DNA of 64,000 nt from Methylocystis sp. (GTDB lineage: Bacteria; Pseudomonadota; Alphaproteobacteria; Rhizobiales; Beijerinckiaceae): the NCBI GenBank assembly GCA_040399965.1, contig JBBARD010000001.1:14187-78186 (forward strand), written 5' to 3'. Under the pieces are notes generated by a model. It saw only the letters and a list, made by a program, of their open reading frames with translations. It ran no database searches and was not told where the DNA came from. Positions 7,872 to 16,982 of the stretch are shown in pieces. The translations under genes and the position numbers were made by a program. Position 1 is the stretch's first letter. The number at the start of each line of letters is the position of its first letter.

Positions 7872-9845
7872 ATGAACGACATGTCCGCTCCGCGTCGCGA
7901 CAAGCCCTGGATGTTTCGCACCTACGCCGGTCACTCGACCGCTGCGGATTCGAACCGTCTGTATCGCACCAATCTCGCCAAGGGCCAGACAGGTCTGTCC
8001 ATTGCTTTCGATCTGCCGACCCAGACCGGCTACGACAGCGACCATATTCTGTCGCGCGGCGAAGTCGGAAAGGTTGGCGTGCCGGTGTCGCATCTGGGCG
8101 ATATGCGCACCTTGTTCGAGGGCATACCGCTTGGCGACATGAACACCTCGATGACCATCAACGCCACGGCTGTGTGGTTGATGGCGCTTTACATCGCCGC
8201 CGCCGGCGAGCAGGGGGTTCCGCGCGTCAAATTGCAGGGCACGACCCAAAACGACATCATCAAGGAATATCTCTCGCGCGGCTCCTATGTGTTCCCGCCA
8301 AAACAATCGCTGAGACTGACTCAGGATCTCATTCTCTTCACGACGAAGGAATGCCCGAAATTCAACCCGATGAACGTGTGCTCCTATCATTTGCAGGAGG
8401 CGGGCGCGACGCCCTCGCAGGAATTGGCCTTTGCGCTGGCGACAGCCGTTGCGATCCTCGACGGCGTCAAGGCCTCCGGCATGCCGGAGGCCGATTTCGC
8501 GCAGGTCGTTGGCCGGATCTCCTTCTTCGTCAACGCGGGCATGCGTTTCATCACCGAACTTTGCAAGATGCGCGCCTTTACCGAGTTGTGGGAGGAGATC
8601 ACGCGCGATCGTTACGGCGTCCGGGACGAGAAGCTGCGACGCTTCCGCTACGGCGTCCAGGTCAATTCGCTGGGTCTTACCGAGCAGCAGCCCGAAAACA
8701 ATGTCACGCGCATCCTGATCGAAATGCTGGCGGTGGTTCTGTCCAAAAACGCCCGCGCCCGCGCCGTGCAATTGCCGGCGTGGAACGAGGCGCTCGGTCT
8801 GCCGCGCCCCTTCGATCAGCAATGGTCGCTGCGGATGCAGCAGGTCATGGCCTATGAGACGGACCTACTCGAATATGACGATATCTTCGACGGCTCGCCG
8901 GAGATCGCGAAAAAGGTCGCCGCCCTCAAGGACGAGGCGCGCGCCGAACTGAAAAAAATCGACGAAATGGGCGGCGCCGCCGCCGCCGTCGAGACCGGAT
9001 ACATGAAGTCGAAACTGGTCGAGGCGAACACTGCGCGTCTCGAGGCCATCGAGGCGGGCGAACAGACCGTCGTTGGCGTTAACAGATTCATGGAAGGCGA
9101 ACCCTCGCCGCTGACCTCAGGCGACAACCAGATCATGGTCGTGCCCGAGCATGTCGAGGCCGACCAGATCGCTCGTCTCCAGGCGTGGCGCGCGCAACGC
9201 GATCAGAAAGCGGCGCAGGCGGCGATCGCGGAACTGGAGCGCGCGGCGAAGGAAGGCCGCAACATGGTCGAACCGTCCATCGCCGCTGCGAACGCCGGCG
9301 TCACCACCGGCGAATGGGGCCATGTGCTGCGCGGCGTGTTTGGCGAATATCGCGCGCCGACCGGCGTCTCCTCCACCGCCCGTCAGGTCGGCGGCCAGCT
9401 CGACGCCGTTCGCAGCGAGGTCGAGCGGGTGTCTCAGAAGCTTGGCCAGCGCGCCAAATTCCTTGTCGGGAAGCCCGGTCTCGACGGCCATTCCAATGGC
9501 GCGGAGCAGATCGCCGTGCGTGCGCGCGACGCCGGGTTCGACGTCATTTACGCCGGCATTCGCTCGACGCCGGCCGAGCTGGTCGAGGCCGCAAAAAAAG
9601 AGGGCGTACACTGCGTCGGCCTGTCGATCCTGTCGGGTTCGCACGTCACGCTCGCGCACGAAGTGATTCGATTGATGAAAGCCGAAGGCGTGTCGGCGCC
9701 GCTTGTCGTCGGCGGCATTATTCCGCCGGCCGACGAGAAGCTGCTCATCGAGTCGGGCGTCGCGGCGGTTTACACACCCAAGAACTACGACCTGAACAAG
9801 ATCATGACTGACCTCGCGCATATTATCGAGGAGTCGGTCGTTTAG
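7872..9845 (+). CDS. ecm: ethylmalonyl-CoA mutase (fused catalytic and B12-binding domains)
   Basis: ORF 7797..9845 trimmed to ATG 7872 (GGAGGAG upstream). Contains KPWMFRTYAGHSTA and a C-terminal cobalamin-binding domain with GKPGLDGHSNGAE. Divergent from ccr. Confidence 0.92.
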   Translation: MNDMSAPRRDKPWMFRTYAGHSTAADSNRLYRTNLAKGQTGLSIAFDLPTQTGYDSDHILSRGEVGKVGVPVSHLGDMRTLFEGIPLGDMNTSMTINATAVWLMALYIAAAGEQGVPRVKLQGTTQNDIIKEYLSRGSYVFPPKQSLRLTQDLILFTTKECPKFNPMNVCSYHLQEAGATPSQELAFALATAVAILDGVKASGMPEADFAQVVGRISFFVNAGMRFITELCKMRAFTELWEEITRDRYGVRDEKLRRFRYGVQVNSLGLTEQQPENNVTRILIEMLAVVLSKNARARAVQLPAWNEALGLPRPFDQQWSLRMQQVMAYETDLLEYDDIFDGSPEIAKKVAALKDEARAELKKIDEMGGAAAAVETGYMKSKLVEANTARLEAIEAGEQTVVGVNRFMEGEPSPLTSGDNQIMVVPEHVEADQIARLQAWRAQRDQKAAQAAIAELERAAKEGRNMVEPSIAAANAGVTTGEWGHVLRGVFGEYRAPTGVSSTARQVGGQLDAVRSEVERVSQKLGQRAKFLVGKPGLDGHSNGAEQIAVRARDAGFDVIYAGIRSTPAELVEAAKKEGVHCVGLSILSGSHVTLAHEVIRLMKAEGVSAPLVVGGIIPPADEKLLIESGVAAVYTPKNYDLNKIMTDLAHIIEESVV

Positions 9846-9876
9846 GTCGCGCGCGCAGGATAACGGGAGCGAGACG

Positions 9877-10284
9877 GTGCTCCGGCTCATATATTTCAGC
9901 ACGGCGCGGCTGGGGCTCGGCGCTGCCGAACTCGAGAATATTCTTTCAAGCGCCGTCGCCCGCAATCTTGCCAATGGCGTCACCGGCGTCCTGCTGTTCA
10001 ACGGGCTTAATTTTCTCCAGGTGCTGGAAGGTCCGCGCGGCAAGGTGGAGGAACTCTATGAGCGTATCACAAGTGACCCCCGTCATACGGGGGTCACTTT
10101 GATCAAAACCGAGAACGTAAGGGCGCTCTCTTACCCGGAATGGGGCATGAAACTCAAAGATCTCGACTCCGATTTCGGCGAGCACAGTTTGCTGCGGCTC
10201 AACCAGGAAATCGCCGACGCATTGGTCGAACTGTCGAGCGCGGACGTGAAAGCGATGATCCGGGCGTTTTTATCGCTGAACTAG
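9877..10284 (+). CDS. short BLUF-domain blue-light (FAD) sensor protein
   Basis: GTG start. BLUF signature residues are all present: LIYFS (Tyr), FLQVLEG (Gln) and PEWGM (Trp/Met). 135 aa with no output domain. Confidence 0.85.
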   Translation: MLRLIYFSTARLGLGAAELENILSSAVARNLANGVTGVLLFNGLNFLQVLEGPRGKVEELYERITSDPRHTGVTLIKTENVRALSYPEWGMKLKDLDSDFGEHSLLRLNQEIADALVELSSADVKAMIRAFLSLN

Positions 10285-10324
10285 AGTCGCCCGGGATTTA
10301 TTTGATTTTTTGGAGGGGGACTGG

Positions 10325-12034
10325 ATGAAAGCCGTTGGCGCCGGGGCTGCGTATCTGAGCCGGGAGAACACGGTCGCCGGACCGTCCTTTAATCGCTGGC
10401 TTGTTCCCCCCGCGGCGCTCGCCATCCATTTGTGCATCGGCATGGCCTATGGCTTCAGTGTTTTCTGGTTGCCGATGTCTCGGCTTGTCGGCGGCGCGCA
10501 GCCGAAACTTTGCGATGAAACAACAGGTTTTTTCGCCTCGCTTGTTGCGACGGATTGCGACTGGAAAATAAGTCAACTCGGTTGGACATTCACGTTGTTT
10601 TTCGTGCTGCTTGGCTCTTCGGCGGCGATATTTGGCCATTGGCTGGAAACGGCGGGACCGCGCAAGGCCGGGTTGGCGGCGGCGTTTTGCTGGTGTGGCG
10701 GCTTGCTGATTTCGGCGCTCGGCATCCGCTTGCATCAGCTCTGGATGTTATGGCTGGGCTCTGGCGCGATTGGCGGCGTCGGTCTGGGTCTAGGCTATAT
10801 TTCGCCAGTGTCGACCTTGATTAAATGGTTTCCGGACCGTCGTGGCCTCGCGACGGGTCTGGCGATTATGGGCTTCGGCGGCGGAGCGATGATCGGCGCG
10901 CCGCTCGCCGACAGGCTCATGGGTTTTTTCGCGACGACGGAGGCGCCAGGCGTTTGGCAGACCTTCGTCGCGCTGGCGGGCATCTATTTCATTTTCATGG
11001 TCGCCGGCGCGCTTGGCTATCGGGTGCCGCCGGAGGGCTGGACGCCTCCCGGCTGGACGCCGCCGCTGCACAACGCCGGGGTCATGGTGACAACGCGTCA
11101 CGTTCATCTTAACACCGCATGGAAAACCCCTCAGTTTTGGCTGTTGTGGGGCGTGTTGTGTCTGAATGTCTCTGCAGGCATCGGCGTGCTCGGCATGGCC
11201 TCGCCGATGTTGCAGGAGGTGTTTGGCGGTCGCTTGATCGGCGTCGATGCGGGATTCGACGCTCTGGACCCGGGTCAGAAACAACAGATCGCGGCGATTG
11301 GCGCAGGCTTTACCGGATTGCTCAGCCTCTGCAATATTGGCGGCCGGTTGGGTTGGGCGTCGGCCTCCGACAGATTTGGCCGTAAGATGACCTATGCGAT
11401 CTTCTTCGTCGCCGGTTTTCTGCTTTACGCCGCCGTTCCCTTCGCGACATCCCGCAGCCTGGTGTTTCTGTTCGTGTTGCTCCTCGCCGTTATCATCACA
11501 ATGTATGGCGGCGGTTTCTCGACGATCCCGGCATATCTGGCGGATGTTTTCGGCACGCATATGGTTGGCGCAATCCATGGCCGGCTTTTGACCGCATGGT
11601 CGACGGCGGGCGTTTTGGGGCCGGTTCTGGTCAATTACATTCGTGAATATCAACTTGCGTCCGGCGTGCCGCGCGAGGCGGCCTACAATCAGACAATGTA
11701 TGTGCTCTCCGGCCTTTTGCTGGCGGGTCTCGCCTGCAATCTGCTCGTGCGGCCGGTGGCGGAAAAATATTACATGACTGATGAAGAGGTGGCTTCAGAC
11801 AAGAGAATTTCTGCATCGCAGGTCGCCGACGAAGAGGAAGAAATCCACGCGGATTTCGAGGATTTCGTGGAGGAAGATTCCGTCACTGTCGCGGAGTGGA
11901 GCCGTCCGGCGCCTTCTCGGGCCGCTTCCGGCGGTTCTTTGCTCATCCTCCTGCTCTCCTGGTCGGCCGTCGGCCTGCCATTGGCGTGGGGGGTGTCGAT
12001 CACTTTGCTCAAGGCCCTGAAGCTTTTCCAGTGA
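10325..12034 (+). CDS. MFS transporter, oxalate/formate antiporter (OFA) family, with an acidic C-terminal extension and an extra TM
   Basis: ORF trimmed to ATG 10325 (GGAGGGGGA upstream). N-terminus NRWLVPPAALAIHLCIGMAYGFSVFWLP and 12 or more TM segments. The tail is Asp/Glu-rich and is followed by a final hydrophobic helix. Confidence 0.85.
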   Translation: MKAVGAGAAYLSRENTVAGPSFNRWLVPPAALAIHLCIGMAYGFSVFWLPMSRLVGGAQPKLCDETTGFFASLVATDCDWKISQLGWTFTLFFVLLGSSAAIFGHWLETAGPRKAGLAAAFCWCGGLLISALGIRLHQLWMLWLGSGAIGGVGLGLGYISPVSTLIKWFPDRRGLATGLAIMGFGGGAMIGAPLADRLMGFFATTEAPGVWQTFVALAGIYFIFMVAGALGYRVPPEGWTPPGWTPPLHNAGVMVTTRHVHLNTAWKTPQFWLLWGVLCLNVSAGIGVLGMASPMLQEVFGGRLIGVDAGFDALDPGQKQQIAAIGAGFTGLLSLCNIGGRLGWASASDRFGRKMTYAIFFVAGFLLYAAVPFATSRSLVFLFVLLLAVIITMYGGGFSTIPAYLADVFGTHMVGAIHGRLLTAWSTAGVLGPVLVNYIREYQLASGVPREAAYNQTMYVLSGLLLAGLACNLLVRPVAEKYYMTDEEVASDKRISASQVADEEEEIHADFEDFVEEDSVTVAEWSRPAPSRAASGGSLLILLLSWSAVGLPLAWGVSITLLKALKLFQ

Positions 12035-12139
12035 GTGCGCGCCGCGTCTTTGCTCTCCTTTAACCATAGTCGCGGATAGTGAGTTCTGACAGCCTCGCAG
12101 GCGAAAGCTTGGCAATATTCAAAACGCCCCGGAGAAGAC

Positions 12140-13012
12140 ATGGCGACAGGTTGCACCAACGGTCTCGATACGGGTTTTGTCGATCTTGGCTATATGAAAG
12201 TCGCTGTGCTGGGCGTAGTGCAGGGCATCACCGAACTGCTGCCCATCTCATCAACGGCGCATATGCGGATTGTGCCGGCGTTACTGGGATGGAAGGATCC
12301 GGGATCGGCGTTCTCCGCCGCCATGCAGCTTGCCGCGCTTGCCGCCGTCGTGAGTTATTTCTGGAGCGATATTCGAAATATCCTCTTCGGCTCGATCCAT
12401 GCGGTCCGGACCCGAGAATTCAGCGACTGGAATTTTCGCTTCGCGGTATGGATTGCGCTGGCCACCGTGCCTATCGGCCTGGCTGGATTGCTCTTGTCGC
12501 ATACGCTCAACGCCTGCGGATCGCCGTTGCGCACGTTGCCGGTGATCGGCGTCTCCTGCATCGTGATGGCGGCGCTGCTCGCGATCGCCGAATTTTACTG
12601 CAATCACTCGCGCTCGCTCGATCATGTATCGCTCAAGGATGCGATGATTGTCGGTTTTGCGCAGGTGGGCGCGCTGATTCCCGGCGTGTCTCGCTCGGGC
12701 TCGACGCTGACCGCCGCGCTGTTTCTCGATTTGAAACGAGAGGAGGCGGCCCGGTTTTCCTTTCTCCTCGGCCTGCCGGCGATTGCGCTCGCGGGTCTGA
12801 AGGAGCTTTGGGAATTGCACAAGGCCCATCTTGACGCGCATGGCTGGTCGGTGCTGTCGCTGGGTTTACTTGTCGCCTCGATTTCCGCTTTCGCCGCGAT
12901 CTGGGGCTTATTGCGGATCCTGGAGCGTTTTTCAGCCTGGCCATTCGTGATTTACCGCGCCTTCATCGGCGTAGTGCTGCTGGTTGGTTTTTACGGCGGC
13001 TTCCTGGCCTGA
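12140..13012 (+). CDS. uppP: undecaprenyl-diphosphate phosphatase
   Basis: Contains VVQGITELLPISSTAH and PGVSRSGSTL motifs. The start could instead be ATG 12194. Confidence 0.9.
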   Translation: MATGCTNGLDTGFVDLGYMKVAVLGVVQGITELLPISSTAHMRIVPALLGWKDPGSAFSAAMQLAALAAVVSYFWSDIRNILFGSIHAVRTREFSDWNFRFAVWIALATVPIGLAGLLLSHTLNACGSPLRTLPVIGVSCIVMAALLAIAEFYCNHSRSLDHVSLKDAMIVGFAQVGALIPGVSRSGSTLTAALFLDLKREEAARFSFLLGLPAIALAGLKELWELHKAHLDAHGWSVLSLGLLVASISAFAAIWGLLRILERFSAWPFVIYRAFIGVVLLVGFYGGFLA

Positions 13013-13022
13013 TAGCCGCGCG

Positions 13023-13067
13023 AAAAAAAGCCGCATTGTGAGATGATCGACACAAGCGGCTTCATTT
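13023..13067. terminator. bidirectional hairpin terminator between convergent uppP and ccrM
   Basis: Stem GCCGC-TTGTG/CACAAGCGGC (13030..13040 and 13051..13060), flanked by an A7 run upstream and TTCATTT downstream. Confidence 0.45.
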
Positions 13068-13115
13068 GCATTTATTGGTGAAAGAGATCCGTCTCGGCGC
13101 GGCGGTTTTTCGAAT

Positions 13116-14291
<1,176 letters not shown>

Positions 14292-14415
14292 TTACTGGAC
14301 ACCAAGAACGCTACTCACAGTTCGCGATCATGCCTGAACGAGGTAAAGGCCGCGTTTAGACGCGCTAAAAACAAGTGTCCCTTTTTTGAACGTAAGTTTT
14401 AATGAAAAGAAAACA

Positions 14416-15048
14416 TCAGACGCCAATATCGGCCAAGCTCAAGCCCGTGTGGCGCAGCGGCGCAAAGCTGAAACGGTGAAAAGGCGTTGGACCAAGTCTT
14501 GCGAGCGCTTCGAGATGCCGTTTGGCGGCATAGCCGGCGTTGGATTCGAACCCGTAATCAGGATAGATCGCGGCCACTTTCCGCATCATTCCGTCGCGCG
14601 TTACTTTGGCGACGATGGAGGCGGCGGCGATCGAAAGCGAAATCGAATCGCCTTTAATCATTGGCGATGAAGAACATGACAGCAGAGGTCGATCGCGCCC
14701 GTCGACGAGAACATGGGTGGGGGTCAGGGAGAGCGCCTCGACGGCGCGCGCCATGGCGATAAGAGACGCCCGACGGATATTCAATCGATCAATTTCCGCT
14801 GCAGTAACGCTGGCGACGCTGATCGCCAGCGACTTTTTAACAATATTTTCGAAAACGGCTTCTCTTTGTCTGACGCTCAGAACCTTGGAGTCATTTACTC
14901 CTGAAGGGAGATTGTCGGGATTAAGGATCACGGCGGCGGCGACGACAGGTCCCGCAAGCGGACCCCGGCCGACTTCGTCGACGCCGGCGACCGGCCAGCA
15001 ACCGCGCTGTCGCCAAAGAATTTCGTGCTCATAATCCGGACCGCTCAT
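14416..15048 (-). CDS. rnhB: ribonuclease HII
   Basis: Contains VAGVDEVGRGPLAGPVV and DSK motifs. The start is either ATG 15048 or TTG 15060. Confidence 0.9.
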   Translation of the reverse strand: MSGPDYEHEILWRQRGCWPVAGVDEVGRGPLAGPVVAAAVILNPDNLPSGVNDSKVLSVRQREAVFENIVKKSLAISVASVTAAEIDRLNIRRASLIAMARAVEALSLTPTHVLVDGRDRPLLSCSSSPMIKGDSISLSIAAASIVAKVTRDGMMRKVAAIYPDYGFESNAGYAAKRHLEALARLGPTPFHRFSFAPLRHTGLSLADIGV

Positions 15049-15123
15049 GGCGATCAGCAAAACCCGTTAAGGTCTTTGCCGCAATCTTTAATTTAAAGGG
15101 TGCGTCTTCAGCGTCGAAGCCGA

Positions 15124-16272
15124 CTAGAAAAGAGCAAGCTGTCTGGGCGCTCGCCGGGGAGGCTCGAAGAGATCGAGCCGCAGGGGCATGTTTGCAAAGC
15201 CGAGGCGCTTACTGGCGATTTCGAATCGCCGACCGATCATCCAGGCGAAGGGACCGACGCCGGTCATACGTTTGCCCCAGGCGGAATCGTAGAGTTTTCC
15301 GTCGCGAGTAGACTGGATCAATGAGAGCGCGCGCGCCGTCCGTTCCGGAAAATGCGCTGTTAACCATTCTTCAAACAACTGCCGCAACTCATGGGGCAGA
15401 CGCAGCAAAATATAGCCGGCCTCTCTCGCGCCGGCCTCTCTCGCGCGGGTCAAAATCGCCTCGATTTCGTCGTCATTAATCGCCGGGATGATCGGCGCCG
15501 TCATTACAGCCGTGGGAACGCCGGCCGCCGTCAGCTTTTCGATGGTCTCCAGCCGCCGAGCCGGCGTCGCCGCGCGGGGCTCCATGATCCGCGAAAGTTT
15601 CGGATCGAGGGTGGTTACAGAGATCGCGACCTTGACGAGGCCGTCGCGCGCCATCGGGGCGAGAATGTCGATATCGCGCAACACCAGCGCGGATTTGGTG
15701 ACTATGGCGACAGGATGGCGCGCCCGCGCAAGCACTTCGAGTATCTGGCGCATAACGCGATAGCCCCGCTCAATCGGTTGATAGGGGTCGGTGTTGGCGC
15801 CAATGGCGATTGTGCGCGGCGTGTAATTTGGCGCTGAAAGCTCGCGCTCAAGAAGTTGCGCGGCGCCCTCCTTGACGAAAATCTCGGTCTCGAAATCCAA
15901 CCCCGGCGATAGACCGACATAGGCGTGGCTGGGACGCGCAAAACAGTAAACGCAACCATGCTCGCAGCCGCGATAGGGATTGATCGAACGATCGAAGGAG
16001 ATATCCGGCGAGTCGTTGCGGGTGATGATGCTGCGCGGCTTTTCGGGATGGATATTGGTTCTCAGCGCTTCAAGCGAGGCGAGGGCGTCCCAGCCGTCGT
16101 CGAAGGTTTCGCGGCGTTCGGCTTCGAAGCGTCCGCTGGCGTTGCTCAATACGCCCCGACCGCGACGCCGCTCGGCGGCGATGACGGCGCCTGCGTCCTG
16201 CGACAAACAGCCGGGATCGACGTCTGATGTCTCGACAAATGCGTCCACGACTCGCCGCTCCCCTAAATCCAC
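15124..16272 (-). CDS. PA0069-family radical SAM protein (COG1533, SplB-like DNA-repair-photolyase family)
   Basis: CEHGCVYCF (CxxxCxxC) cluster motif, and N-terminal GRGVLSNASGRFE typical of this family. GTG start at 16272. Confidence 0.85.
   Translation of the reverse strand: MDLGERRVVDAFVETSDVDPGCLSQDAGAVIAAERRRGRGVLSNASGRFEAERRETFDDGWDALASLEALRTNIHPEKPRSIITRNDSPDISFDRSINPYRGCEHGCVYCFARPSHAYVGLSPGLDFETEIFVKEGAAQLLERELSAPNYTPRTIAIGANTDPYQPIERGYRVMRQILEVLARARHPVAIVTKSALVLRDIDILAPMARDGLVKVAISVTTLDPKLSRIMEPRAATPARRLETIEKLTAAGVPTAVMTAPIIPAINDDEIEAILTRAREAGAREAGYILLRLPHELRQLFEEWLTAHFPERTARALSLIQSTRDGKLYDSAWGKRMTGVGPFAWMIGRRFEIASKRLGFANMPLRLDLFEPPRRAPRQLALF
15415..15444. repeat. perfect 15-bp tandem duplication (GCCGGCCTCTCTCGC x2) inside the radical SAM gene
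   Basis: Read directly. In frame, it duplicates five residues (AREAGAREAG). Confidence 0.95.
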
Positions 16273-16393
16273 CCCTTGACGTCCGGAGGCGGCTCGCGCC
16301 GCCTTTCGCGTTCAACATCGGCGAAAAACTTGATGCTGACCGGACGCCTTTACGGGGACTCAACATCCCGCCCGGACTCGACCTGTTCAGGCG

Positions 16394-16426
16394 GAACATA
16401 ACGCGAATAAAGAACATATACGGAAC
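16394..16426. promoter_or_regulatory. tandem alphaproteobacterial LexA (SOS) boxes
   Basis: GAAC-ATATACG-GAAC at 16412..16426 is a perfect GAAC-N7-GAAC. GAAC-ATAACGC-GAAT at 16394..16408 is one mismatch off. Both lie 120-155 nt upstream of the radical SAM start codon. Confidence 0.5.
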
Positions 16427-16982
16427 ATTTATGTCTTGCGCAACCCCTCCCTCGCCTCTGGCGGAGTGGGTGAAGAAATTTGACGACAGGCGTCAGTCTG
16501 TTCCTGGCGCTGTGGAGCGATTTGGGGCTACAAATTTTTTACATCAATTGCAGGTTCAGAAACGAAATGACCCGAAGTTTTTGCGGGCTGAATGAGTCAT
16601 GATGTCATGGCGCGCCACTGGCGTCGCTTACAGGCGCTAAATTTGGTAATTGATAATAAAAGCGGCTCCGCGCGAGGAGTTGAAAGATGTCTTTTGTTGG
16701 CGCTGTGATTAAGGCGCGTCTCGGTATTCGCGCCGCATTCAGCGGATATTCATTGTCCCCCGGTGCAATTGACCCGCGCATTCATGCGGCGGCGGCCAGC
16801 GAATTTCCGCATCTGGGTCGGCTTCGGGATGCATTATTCAGGTGACGTCGTCGAAAGGGATGGCGTATAGCCGGCGGCGACCCTGAGTTAAACAGGGCCC
16901 TGTATGAGCGGGTCTAGGCGCTCAGGCCGAAAAAACCCAGCGTTCGCGATCAGATTCCGCCCTGTTTCGAAAAGCCAGATTC

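Noticed and set aside
7946-7956. tRNA T-arm-like strings GGATTCGAACC at 7946..7956 and 14542..14553.
   Set aside because: Both lie inside solid coding sequence (ecm and rnhB). The flanking sequence does not form acceptor, D or anticodon stems, so these are chance matches.
14292-14415. Possible CtrA box upstream of ccrM (TTAA-AACTTAC-GTTC on the minus strand).
   Set aside because: Only the first half-site matches and the second half is GTTC. This is not enough to call.
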